Below, one piece after another: positions 25,173-34,234 of a stretch of DNA of 64,000 nucleotides. The stretch's first letter is position 1. Each line of letters opens with the position of its first letter. The stretch is taken from sequence record LR756508.1, one strand, 5' to 3'. Both the position numbers and the translations under genes were made by a program. The notes beneath the pieces are model-generated. The model was not told where the DNA came from. It was given only the letters and a program-made list of their open reading frames with translations, and did no database searches.

Positions 25173-26288
25173 GTGGATTTTGATACCGTCCTTAGTGAAT
25201 TCAGCTTTCTGTCTGATATTCATCTCGCTGGTGGATGCGTCCGTGACTATATTATCGGTAGGAACTCAGACGATATTGATATTGCCACGTCTGATCTGCC
25301 GAAAACTGTCATCCACAAGGCAAAAAATAAAGATTTAAAGGTAATTGGAACAGGAATTGATTTTGGAACCGTTACGGTTTTTAAAGATGGAAAAAGTTTT
25401 GAAATTACCACGTTTCGGAGAGATCTAAATGCCGATGGCAGGCATGCTGATGTAAAGTTTACTGATAACATCGAAGTTGATCTTGAAAGAAGAGACTTTA
25501 CTATAAATGCCCTGGCGCTCGATAGAAACCTAAATCTTGTAGATCCATTTAGAGGCACTGTTGATATAAGACGTGAGCTAATCAAAGCCGTGGGTAATCC
25601 TATCGAGAGGTTTAAAGAAGATTATCTTCGGATAATTCGTGGATGTAGGTTTGCTTCAAGATATAATTACGATATTGAAGCTAATACGTTCATGGCTATG
25701 AAAGACCTCTCAAATGAAGTCTATAGTTCAGTTTCCATTGAGCGATTCTACATGGAACTAAAAAAGGCTTTCAAAGATAAAAAGCCATCTCGCTTCGTTC
25801 GTTTGATGAAGGTTTTTGGACTGAACCAGTCCGATAATATTCCATTAGAGACCCTGGATGAAGTGTATCCAAGACTGCGTCCAATAGTCTACTTTTTAAA
25901 CGTTTCCGATGTAGGTGAAAAATCTGAAGAACTCAAACTTCCTAATATTGTATCAAATGAAACGTCTCGCATTCAAGATCTTTTAGAGTTTGTTAAGAAA
26001 AGAAATCTTAGCGAGTATAACAGACGATTGTTTCAGTTTAAAACCCAAGGACTTTTGAATGAAACGAAAGAGATAGCTCAAAGTCTTAATACTATCTCTG
26101 ATCACAGAGTTAAATTCTTTTTTAAGCCTACAGATTTTCCTATTAACCCACTCGTCAATGGTACAGACTTTCTTGAATGTGGAGTTGAAGAAGGACCACA
26201 AATTGGAAAACTCATAGATAAAGCTCATAAAATTCAACTCAAAGAAGGAATCACTTCGAGCAGTGAACTGTTAGATAGAGTGGTTTAA
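25173..26288 (+). CDS. cca: CCA-adding tRNA nucleotidyltransferase (class II)
   Basis: AGGCVRD, DIDIAT, DLERRDFTINA, EDYLRIIRGCRF; GIDFGTV turn rather than a poly(A) polymerase signature. Confidence 0.88.
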   Translation: MDFDTVLSEFSFLSDIHLAGGCVRDYIIGRNSDDIDIATSDLPKTVIHKAKNKDLKVIGTGIDFGTVTVFKDGKSFEITTFRRDLNADGRHADVKFTDNIEVDLERRDFTINALALDRNLNLVDPFRGTVDIRRELIKAVGNPIERFKEDYLRIIRGCRFASRYNYDIEANTFMAMKDLSNEVYSSVSIERFYMELKKAFKDKKPSRFVRLMKVFGLNQSDNIPLETLDEVYPRLRPIVYFLNVSDVGEKSEELKLPNIVSNETSRIQDLLEFVKKRNLSEYNRRLFQFKTQGLLNETKEIAQSLNTISDHRVKFFFKPTDFPINPLVNGTDFLECGVEEGPQIGKLIDKAHKIQLKEGITSSSELLDRVV

Positions 26289-26315
26289 GGTTTTTTTCAC
26301 GTTATATTTGATAGT

Positions 26316-27320
26316 ATGGGAGGAAATGCTTTAAAAAATATTGAGACTTATCGGGCTGGACCTCAAAAATACATGAATGTATATAATCAGGTGATCTGCA
26401 GGCTTTCAAATGAGTATCCTGATTTAGTTCATTATCTGCCTAGACAGAACAGGAGTAAATCAGATCACGGCGATATCGATATTTTTCTCCGTTCTGATAC
26501 TGTTCCGAACCTTGGACCAGAAAAAATCAAGTCGCTTTTTAACCCAAACGAAATTTACTCAAATGGAGGTGTCTACAGTTTCGATCTATGGCAGTTTCAG
26601 GTTGATCTTGTAAAACAAAACCATGAAAATTGGCAATGCGCTAAAGTATTCTACGACCAAAGTGGTCTAGGAAATCTGAGTGGAAAAGTTGCTCGTAGAA
26701 TGAGGTTCAAGTGGGGGTTTCAAGGTCTTCGGTACATGGCTTTTTATGAAGATAATCGTTCGGTAAAGCTTGGTGAATTTGTTGTAAGTAAGAATCCAAG
26801 ACAAGTGTTCAAATTTCTTGGGTTTGATTTTGACAGGTTTTTGGAGGGATTTGAGACCCAGGAAGAAATGTTTGACTATGTAATTCAAAGTGAAAACTTT
26901 TCAATTGATGCTTTTCTACCAGAAAATTTAACTGCTGACCAGAGGCATCGAGATACAAAAAGACAGTCTTACCACGACTTTATGAATTATCTAGAGGAAA
27001 ACGCTCCAAACAAAAGAATGGAGCGTCCTTCTCATGAAGAAGCTGTAGAAATGGCCGAAGAGTTTTTTTCCGAATGTAAGCTTCGCGATAAAATAAGTGT
27101 TGCAAAAGAAAAATATGAAAAGAAGCAGCGTGCTAATGACATCTTTAATGGAAATGTATTGATTGATGAATTTGGCATAACTGGTAAAAGTCTTGGCGGG
27201 GCTATTGACAGGTTGAAAGATAAGTATGATAGTGAAGAAGCTTACCATAGTCACATCCTTGATGTAGGAAGAGAGGTCATGCTTGATGAATTTGCTGATG
27301 CCAATGATTTAGAGAGATAA
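26316..27320 (+). CDS. Putative nucleotidyltransferase (Pol-beta-like GDxD)
   Basis: N-terminal MGGNALK, KSDHGDIDIFL, FQVDLV. Confidence 0.55.
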   Translation: MGGNALKNIETYRAGPQKYMNVYNQVICRLSNEYPDLVHYLPRQNRSKSDHGDIDIFLRSDTVPNLGPEKIKSLFNPNEIYSNGGVYSFDLWQFQVDLVKQNHENWQCAKVFYDQSGLGNLSGKVARRMRFKWGFQGLRYMAFYEDNRSVKLGEFVVSKNPRQVFKFLGFDFDRFLEGFETQEEMFDYVIQSENFSIDAFLPENLTADQRHRDTKRQSYHDFMNYLEENAPNKRMERPSHEEAVEMAEEFFSECKLRDKISVAKEKYEKKQRANDIFNGNVLIDEFGITGKSLGGAIDRLKDKYDSEEAYHSHILDVGREVMLDEFADANDLER

Positions 27321-27345
27321 CTCCTTCCTTAAACAATAAAAAAGT

Positions 27346-28194
27346 TTGACTCTCGAAGTAGACATGGATACCTCCAGCCTTGGCGACCGAATAAAACAAT
27401 ATGAGAGCGTCAGTGAGCAGGTGCTTCCTAATAATATTCCTGTAATAATCAGGCTGGATGGCAGTAATTTTTCTAAACTAACTGACCAATATTTTGATAA
27501 ACCTTTTGATGAAGAGTTTGAGTCTGCGATGAATCAAGCAGCACTGAGTGTTCTACGGTACTGTTCTGGTGCTCAAATAGCCCTTGTTCAATCTGATGAG
27601 ATTAATATTCTACTTAGAAATGATCAAAGCTCCGACTTTGATCCCTTTCTTTCTAACAGGACACAAAAACTTGCATCTCTTACTGCATCCAAAGCTTCCG
27701 TAGCTTTCAGCTCAAAACTTCGCGAATTTGATATAAAAAGAAATGAAGTTTTCGATTCCAGGGCTTTTGTAGTTCCAAAAAGTGAAGTTGTAAATGTTTT
27801 TATATGGAGGCAAGAAGATGCGTTTAAAAACTGCGTAAGTTCTATAGCTTACTTTGGCTTGAAAGAAAAGTATGGGACGGAAAAGGCGAATGATACTCTT
27901 TACGAAAAAGATTTAGATGAACGGCAAGAGATCATTTTCCAAGAACTAGGAAAAAATGTAAACAATGTAGTTACGAGCAGGAAGAGGGGGAGGTTAATTT
28001 ACAAAGTAAATGAAGAAGAAAAATACGAAAGTTATTTTTCAGATCAGAAGTATGAAAAGCTATTGTCAAACGGCTATATTGAAAAAGGAGGACACGTGGT
28101 TAGAAGCAGTTGGAAAATTGATAATAATCCACCCCGCCTTACTTCCGATGATGCTTTAATCAAAAACTTAGTATATGAAGATGGACAAAAGTAA
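27346..28194 (+). CDS. thg1: tRNA-His guanylyltransferase Thg1-like protein
   Basis: IIRLDGSNFSKLT, QSDEINILL, FDSRAF, WRQEDAFKN. Confidence 0.9.
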   Translation: MTLEVDMDTSSLGDRIKQYESVSEQVLPNNIPVIIRLDGSNFSKLTDQYFDKPFDEEFESAMNQAALSVLRYCSGAQIALVQSDEINILLRNDQSSDFDPFLSNRTQKLASLTASKASVAFSSKLREFDIKRNEVFDSRAFVVPKSEVVNVFIWRQEDAFKNCVSSIAYFGLKEKYGTEKANDTLYEKDLDERQEIIFQELGKNVNNVVTSRKRGRLIYKVNEEEKYESYFSDQKYEKLLSNGYIEKGGHVVRSSWKIDNNPPRLTSDDALIKNLVYEDGQK

Positions 28195-29182
28195 AATTAA
28201 AGAGTATAGAGAATTTTTACTAAACAAAGAAAACGTAACGGGTGTGTCCAGAGGTTTTAGAGTTGATGAAGACGGTAATGTTGTAAGTGATGAAGAAGTC
28301 TGGGTTGTTACTGTCAAAGAGAAAAAAGACGAGTTTGAGCTTGCTTCTAGCGACGTTGTTCCAAAGAGTATTGATGGCGTTGATACTATTGTTCGCGATT
28401 TTGGAGATATTAAAGCTCAAAGCGAGTCGGAAGTTTACAAAGAGAAAACACGTCCGTTGAAGGGAGGGGTTAGCTTTGGCCTGCAGAATGGCCCTTCTGG
28501 AACACTTGGAGTTTCTTTGGAGAGTGAAAATAAATTTTATCTGCTTTCGAACAATCACGTTATTGCTGATACAAATGATGCCCAAATTGGTAGTGATTTA
28601 ATTCAGCCCGCATCTGCTGATAGTGAAAGAAGGAACTACTGCGGAGAATTAGAGAGATATGTAAAAATAGATTTCAAAGAAAACCGACTCTCAAAACCTG
28701 GACTTTTTTCAAAACTTTGTCAGTTTTTTAAAAGTTTGTTTGGCGGTGGCAGTTCAAATTCGAAGATTAAAGAAAGTGAATTGAAGTATAATCAAGTCGA
28801 CTGCGCATTGGGAGAGCTTCGTAGCTGTTCTACAAAGATAAATGAGGTATTAAAGGTTGGAAAAATAAAAGGAATTCGGAAACCTGAGCTTGGGATGCCA
28901 GTAAGAAAAGTAGGTCGGACAAGTGGAGTTACCGAAGGCCAAATTGTTCAGATGGACGCTACAATTGAAGTCGGGTTTTCTTTTGGAAGAAAAGCCATGT
29001 TCGAAGACCAAATTATAACAACTCCACTTTCAAGTCCGGGGGATAGTGGATCTGTAGTTCTAGATGAAGATAACTATCTGGTAGGTCTCTTATTTTCGGG
29101 GAGTGAGAAGGTCACAATCTTAAATCCCATTGGTCTCGTATTTGATAATCTTAATATTGATCCAAACTTTAAAAACGCATAA
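28175..29182 (+). CDS. Trypsin-like (S1) serine protease
   Basis: Catalytic triad: SNNHVIA (His), VDCAL (Asp), PGDSGS (Ser); KVGRTSGVT. Confidence 0.85.
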   Translation: MKMDKSKIKEYREFLLNKENVTGVSRGFRVDEDGNVVSDEEVWVVTVKEKKDEFELASSDVVPKSIDGVDTIVRDFGDIKAQSESEVYKEKTRPLKGGVSFGLQNGPSGTLGVSLESENKFYLLSNNHVIADTNDAQIGSDLIQPASADSERRNYCGELERYVKIDFKENRLSKPGLFSKLCQFFKSLFGGGSSNSKIKESELKYNQVDCALGELRSCSTKINEVLKVGKIKGIRKPELGMPVRKVGRTSGVTEGQIVQMDATIEVGFSFGRKAMFEDQIITTPLSSPGDSGSVVLDEDNYLVGLLFSGSEKVTILNPIGLVFDNLNIDPNFKNA

Positions 29183-29194
29183 CAACTCAAATCA

Positions 29195-29503
29195 ATGACT
29201 GAATTTCAAAAACAAGTCGTAAAAATATTAAAGGAAAATGGAGGAAGAATGACGACGAAAACGGTTGCAAAAAAAGTAGGTAGAGCAGAAAAATCGGTAA
29301 AAAAAGCTCTTTCTTATCTACATGGTGCTGAAATTGTTATGGACCATCAAAAAGCTCCAGCAAGAGAAGTTCCTTGTTCAGAGCAAGAGATGACAAAGTG
29401 GAGAGAGGAGGTTCAAAAATGGAAAAATAGTGATGACCCAGAGCGAGAAGACAGGTGGGAGCTGATTCCAGAAGACGAACGAAAAAAGACTTTGGAACTA
29501 TGA
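29195..29503 (+). CDS. Winged-helix-like small protein
   Basis: VVKILKENGGRMTTKTVAKKVGR...VKKALSYL. Confidence 0.55.
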   Translation: MTEFQKQVVKILKENGGRMTTKTVAKKVGRAEKSVKKALSYLHGAEIVMDHQKAPAREVPCSEQEMTKWREEVQKWKNSDDPEREDRWELIPEDERKKTLEL

Positions 29504-29715
29504 AATATTTGGAGTTTTTTGAAGTTCAATTAGATACGGAAGTGTTTCTTTTTAAAGAAAAAAATGAAGTCTATGACTTCTGGAGTGATGAAGACACGCA
29601 AAATTTTGCGCTTTACAATGGAGAAACTGCCGTATATGAAAAGAGCGAAGTAAAAGAAAAAACAAAAGAATTTCACCTCTCTGAAGATGCAGAAGATCTC
29701 ATTAGCTCGCTATAA
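29500..29715 (+). CDS. Hypothetical protein
   Basis: ATG overlapping the upstream TGA. Confidence 0.55.
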   Translation: MKYLEFFEVQLDTEVFLFKEKNEVYDFWSDEDTQNFALYNGETAVYEKSEVKEKTKEFHLSEDAEDLISSL

Positions 29716-29739
29716 TAATTTTGTAATTAACAAATACCT

Positions 29740-30258
29740 TTGTTGATGAACAATGAAATTGAGAGAAAGTATTTAGTTTTTAATCTTCCTGATCTCTCGA
29801 ACTTAGAAAAGAAAACATATAAACAAGGCTATATTTTTGACTTTCATCATGATCAGGTTAGGTTAAGAAAAACCATTAACTCTAAAGAACTCACGCAGTT
29901 TACTATTAAGAAAGGAGAGGGCGAAAAACGGAGTGAATTTGAGATTTCACTCACCGAGATACAATTTAAAAAACTCTGGCCAGCTACCGAAGAGAAAAGA
30001 GTTAAAAAAACAAGGTACTTTTATCCTTTATGGTCTTATCAAGCTGAAGTTGATGTTTACTGCGACCACCTCGATGGGCTCGTGACCGCTGAGGTCGAGT
30101 TTAATACTCAACTTGAAGCTGAAGATTTTGATCCTCCCGAGTGGTTTGGTCCGAATGTAATAGAAGAGCCGGAGTTCAAAAACAAACAACTTGCATTGAA
30201 TGGAATTCCAAAGGCATTTGAAGACTATAAAAAGTTGTATGATAAACCGCTTTCTTAG
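29740..30258 (+). CDS. CYTH-domain (triphosphate tunnel) protein
   Basis: EIERKYL, QGY, VRLR, RSEFE, KTRY, EVDVY, AEVEF. Confidence 0.9.
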   Translation: MLMNNEIERKYLVFNLPDLSNLEKKTYKQGYIFDFHHDQVRLRKTINSKELTQFTIKKGEGEKRSEFEISLTEIQFKKLWPATEEKRVKKTRYFYPLWSYQAEVDVYCDHLDGLVTAEVEFNTQLEAEDFDPPEWFGPNVIEEPEFKNKQLALNGIPKAFEDYKKLYDKPLS

Positions 30259-30433
30259 GTATATCCCTGAAGTTCAGAATTTAAGTGGCTGATTCTGAAA
30301 CATATTTGTATTAAACTTGTTGAAAAAGTAAGATAGAGCCGAAAAATAAAAAGGATATTCGGTACATATTCTCAGTGGATAAGGTTCAAACCTCACCAGA
30401 GTTAGGGTCAAACTCTTTGTTCTTTTACGTTTC

Positions 30434-30877
30434 GGGACTGATACGGCTTCGACATCTTGTATGGAGTTGGAGCCACTACCTGGCGCAACATATGAGCGCC
30501 GTAAAGAAATTGAATATGAATCTATAACTGGCGTAAACAACGCTGATTACGAGTCTGCTGGATTTACGGCAGAGGACTTCGCACAGATGGACGGCGAAAG
30601 CCTCTATCATGGTAGCGAGCGTAAGCCTGCTGCTGTGTAAGTGAAGTTTTGGACTTGATTTAAAAGTCCACTCCATCGTTCCCCAACGCAGATAAGGATC
30701 GAACGGTGTCATATTTATCTGCTTGAGTAGACTGGCTGGCATCTGCCATTCTGCCGACATTTGAAGATGCCTGCTCCGTTTTGTGAATTTTGGGAGCTAA
30801 AACTAAATTCACTATGGTAGTGAACAATGGCAATAGCAAAGACAAGATGGACTCGGGTTCGACTCCCGACAGTTCCA
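30434..30877 (+). ncRNA. ssrA: tmRNA
   Basis: GGGACTG/CAGTTCC acceptor with G3-U70, A discriminator, 5' GATACGGCTTCGAC, P2 ATCTTGT/ACAAGAT, T arm TCGGG-TTCGACT-CCCGA; tag frame 30530-30640. Confidence 0.93.
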
Positions 30878-30886
30878 GATTCCAGG

Positions 30887-30950
30887 TAAGAGTGACCGTC
30901 GCGTGGTTGGAATCGTAAGTAGCCTTTTCGGTGAAACTAATAACTCTTAA
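30887..30950 (+). ncRNA. Small structured RNA candidate downstream of tmRNA
   Basis: 7-bp closing stem TAAGAGT/ACTCTTA enclosing two short hairpins, located before the terminator. Confidence 0.3.
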
Positions 30951-30967
30951 ACATTTTTTGATAAAAC

Positions 30968-30995
30968 AGGGGAGTCCTTTAGGGACTCCTTTTTG
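30968..30995 (+). terminator. Intrinsic terminator
   Basis: GGAGTCC-TTTAG-GGACTCC followed by TTTTT. Confidence 0.75.
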
Positions 30996-31031
30996 CATGC
31001 AGATTTACTTTTCAAAGGCCAGAAATAAAAA

Positions 31032-31226
31032 ATGGAATACATTGAGCTTCCCGATGAATGGTTAGATGATCTTTCAAATGAAGAGTTAAGTGGTTCTGGA
31101 TACGATTTCGTTGTTTTAACTTTAAATGATGGAACTCGCCATTCTGCGACACTTTTAAACGAAAAAAGAATTAAGGTTAATAATGAAATGAGTTTAGATG
31201 ACGTTGAAGACATTGAAGTTCGATGA
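31032..31226 (+). CDS. Small acidic hypothetical protein
   Basis: 64-aa ORF. Confidence 0.6.
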   Translation: MEYIELPDEWLDDLSNEELSGSGYDFVVLTLNDGTRHSATLLNEKRIKVNNEMSLDDVEDIEVR

Positions 31227-31876
31227 TTGTCTTTGAAGGAAGTGAATTGAAGTTGGGGGAAATCAAGAAGAATGGTGAGACCACTACGAAAGGCGAATCT
31301 CTGCAAATCTCTCTTTTAGAACATTATAATGATAGAGTTTTGATAAGAGAGGGAACATCCCTGCAAAATTTAGTATGGGGGTTTCTCAACGATGAAAACT
31401 CTGAAGAGCTTTCGACTTCGTTAAACCATCTTACTAAGGGTAATAGTTTTTTCGGTCACCTCAGAGATGAATTAGAAAAAGGAACGAGAGGAACGTTTAA
31501 AAGCGCAGATTGGATTGAGATTATTTCAAAACCAATTTTACTTGATAGTTCTAAAGATGCTTATTTAAAAGAAAAATATGAAGAAAACTGGGGCTTTTTA
31601 GCGTGGAAAAATGATGAAAACGAAAAGGCAGACTTAAAGAATATCTCTTCAGTTTCAATCAATTCTCTGCTTTCACTTCCCCTCCGCCAAAATTTTAATG
31701 TATTAGTTTATGACGAGGATTGGAACAAAGTCGGGCAGTTTAAAGAACTTCCAACAGTAGCTGACATTTTAGAAGCATTGTGTTTTGAGTTTTATGTGGT
31801 TAGAAACTCGGAGAATCCAGACTTAGGTCACTATAGCGACAATAATAGCTTTAAATCTTTCACGGAATTAATTTGA
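31223..31876 (+). CDS. Hypothetical protein
   Basis: 217-aa ORF, ATGA coupling. Confidence 0.6.
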   Translation: MIVFEGSELKLGEIKKNGETTTKGESLQISLLEHYNDRVLIREGTSLQNLVWGFLNDENSEELSTSLNHLTKGNSFFGHLRDELEKGTRGTFKSADWIEIISKPILLDSSKDAYLKEKYEENWGFLAWKNDENEKADLKNISSVSINSLLSLPLRQNFNVLVYDEDWNKVGQFKELPTVADILEALCFEFYVVRNSENPDLGHYSDNNSFKSFTELI

Positions 31877-31885
31877 AAATTCTCC

Positions 31886-32125
31886 GTGAGTATACAAGAC
31901 TTTGAAAATATTGAGTACTTCATGAACACAAATGAGGCGATAGTAGCTGTCGAAAATGAGTCAGACGAAAGGGTTAAAGGGTTTGTGTTTTGTGCTAAAG
32001 AAGGATATAATCTTGATAAAAAAGTTCGGTTAAATAAAGATTCTGTTGTCGAAGCACTTCATGAAGATAAACTTGGAATAATTGAAGAAATTCCTGAGTG
32101 GTGGAGTTCAATACTTCCAGAGTAG
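31886..32125 (+). CDS. Hypothetical protein
   Basis: 79-aa ORF, GTG start. Confidence 0.55.
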   Translation: MSIQDFENIEYFMNTNEAIVAVENESDERVKGFVFCAKEGYNLDKKVRLNKDSVVEALHEDKLGIIEEIPEWWSSILPE

Positions 32126-32188
32126 AAACATGTTTGTTAATCCCTCGTTATTAATCATACGCTACAACTCGAATAATTTCCTGGTTTC

Positions 32189-32905
32189 ATGTCCTCTAAA
32201 AAGCCACGGTCGACAATCCCAGAACTTCTTGGTTCTTGCGCTTTTGTTTTTTCCCTTTCAATGCTTTTTATGATTAACGGCCTCTCGGATTCATATTCGG
32301 AGAGAAAAAAACTTAGGGCAACTATTGACTCTTTTCAAACAGAACATGAATCCTTAGAGCGACGTTTTGCTGATATCAAGAAAAAGGCAAGGTCCACCGA
32401 TCCACGTGTAATCTGGCTTGCTCGGGCAATTTACAGCGAAACAAGGAGGAAAAGAGAAATGGAGCTTGTAGGATGGGTAATTAGAAATCGAGTTGAAAAA
32501 GAGTTTAGAAATGATAAAACTTACCGTGATGTAATTCTTTCATCTTATCAGTTTAGTGCATTTAATCCAAGATCTAAACTTCGGTTCTATTACGCTACTC
32601 TTCCATACTCCCACAAAGAAAGGAAAGAAAATTGGAACATGGCACTTCGAGTAGCAAAAGATGTTGTATTTGCCGAGCATCATGAAATGCCAAAGTATTT
32701 GACCGAAGACACTTTCTGGTTCTATTCAGAGGTATCTATGCCACCCGATAAACCACATCCGCAGTGGAGATATGAATATGAGAGAGTAGAAGTTCCGTTC
32801 GTGAACGAAGAGAGGTTTAGATTTTTTAGAGATCCTAACAGGGCGAGAATTGCTGCTGAACCTATTAAAAGAAATAAAAACACTCACACCTCCACATTGA
32901 GATGA
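32189..32905 (+). CDS. Cell wall hydrolase, SleB/Hydrolase_2-like, with N-terminal TM helix
   Basis: LARAIYSET, VGWVIRNRV, YQFSAFN. Confidence 0.8.
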   Translation: MSSKKPRSTIPELLGSCAFVFSLSMLFMINGLSDSYSERKKLRATIDSFQTEHESLERRFADIKKKARSTDPRVIWLARAIYSETRRKREMELVGWVIRNRVEKEFRNDKTYRDVILSSYQFSAFNPRSKLRFYYATLPYSHKERKENWNMALRVAKDVVFAEHHEMPKYLTEDTFWFYSEVSMPPDKPHPQWRYEYERVEVPFVNEERFRFFRDPNRARIAAEPIKRNKNTHTSTLR

Positions 32906-33507
32906 TAAATCCACATGATATAACAAACTTCGAAAGATCCGAAAAAGAGCTTGAAGAGTTTTTGCTATTTGCAGTGTCTGTAGCTGGAAAAACTGCAGAG
33001 GTTCAAGCAGATAAACTTGATCAATTCTTAAACCTTGTTCCGCTACCCGAATATTATTCACCTTTTGAGAAAGTAAGATATCTTGTATTAAAAAGTTATT
33101 GTTCACTGAACAACTATCTTAAAACCGTAAAACTTGGAAAATACTCACTTCTTGAAGACTCGTTCCGTTCTCTTTCTTTTAGTAACATAGATTTGAGGTC
33201 TATATCCTGTAAAGATTTACAGTCGTTTCCAGGAATAGGACCTAAGACTTCTCGTTTTTTTATCTTGCATTCTCGGTTAAATGCTGGGGTCGCTTGCCTG
33301 GATACTCATATTTTGAAATGGCTCTCTGAGTATTTGAATGAAGTAGATGTGCCTAATTCTACTCCAAGACGAAGTGAGTATAATACTCTAGAGAGTAGGT
33401 TTATAGAAATCTGCAATTCAAATAATGTCCATCCAGCCAAATTGGATCTGAAAATTTGGAAAATGTACAATAAAAACAATGAAGAAGAGATAGCTTCAGT
33501 TCTCTGA
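32902..33507 (+). CDS. HhH-GPD family DNA glycosylase-like protein
   Basis: LQSFPGIGPKTSRFF (HhH with Lys), LDTHIL. Confidence 0.8.
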   Translation: MINPHDITNFERSEKELEEFLLFAVSVAGKTAEVQADKLDQFLNLVPLPEYYSPFEKVRYLVLKSYCSLNNYLKTVKLGKYSLLEDSFRSLSFSNIDLRSISCKDLQSFPGIGPKTSRFFILHSRLNAGVACLDTHILKWLSEYLNEVDVPNSTPRRSEYNTLESRFIEICNSNNVHPAKLDLKIWKMYNKNNEEEIASVL

Positions 33508-33552
33508 TCACATATTTTAAACCTAAAAGCTCAGAAATAATTAAACGAGGTT

Positions 33553-34221
33553 ATGAGTGAATCTGTTGAAGAAGATAATATAATTCCGCTTGTTAAAAAC
33601 AATAAAGTTAAACTACGTCAATCCTCGGAGCCAGTTACTGAAGAAGACGACTGGGAAGGACTGAAAGATCTTTTATATTGTAATCTCGCTCACTATGGGG
33701 GAATTGGACTTTCGGCTATCCAGTTGGATATTCCTAAGTCTGCTTGCGTTGTCAACGTAAAAGAGCCAATTTTTCTTGTGAATCCCGAAATTGTGGAGGC
33801 GCAAGGAAACACGAAGTACGTAGAGGGCTGCCTTTCTTTTCCAAATGACGTGGTAGCTACAGAGCGTTATACGGAAATTCTTGTCGAGGCCGATAATTTT
33901 GACCAAAAACTCCATTTCGCTCCCGACGATGAGGATCTAATTCCAGCTTCATACGAAGACAATATGGAGATGGAGGATGACGAGGGTCTGCTTGAGTGTA
34001 TTGCTACTCAACACGAAACGGATCACACCAATGGTTTATTGTTTTTTGATCGCCGCGCCGAACGTGGCGAGACTTACGAGAAAGAAAAAACTCAAGACAT
34101 CGGGCGAAATGATAGAGTGAGGGTTCGCAATAAGGATGGCGTCGTTAGCACAGTAAAATATAAATACGTGAGCGACCAGATTGAAAACGGAAACGTCGAA
34201 CTTTTGGAAGTCGTGAATTAA
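33553..34221 (+). CDS. def: Peptide deformylase
   Basis: GIGLSAIQL, EGCLS, QHETDH. Confidence 0.93.
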   Translation: MSESVEEDNIIPLVKNNKVKLRQSSEPVTEEDDWEGLKDLLYCNLAHYGGIGLSAIQLDIPKSACVVNVKEPIFLVNPEIVEAQGNTKYVEGCLSFPNDVVATERYTEILVEADNFDQKLHFAPDDEDLIPASYEDNMEMEDDEGLLECIATQHETDHTNGLLFFDRRAERGETYEKEKTQDIGRNDRVRVRNKDGVVSTVKYKYVSDQIENGNVELLEVVN

Positions 34222-34234
34222 AACATGAAATTTT

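Noticed and set aside
30360-30420. tRNA-like AGGTTCAAACCTCACCA upstream of tmRNA
   Set aside because: No matching acceptor 5' strand, D arm or anticodon arm could be folded.
30898-30925. Pistol-ribozyme-like CGTGGTT...TAAGTAG
   Set aside because: P1 does not pair and no pseudoknot partner exists downstream.
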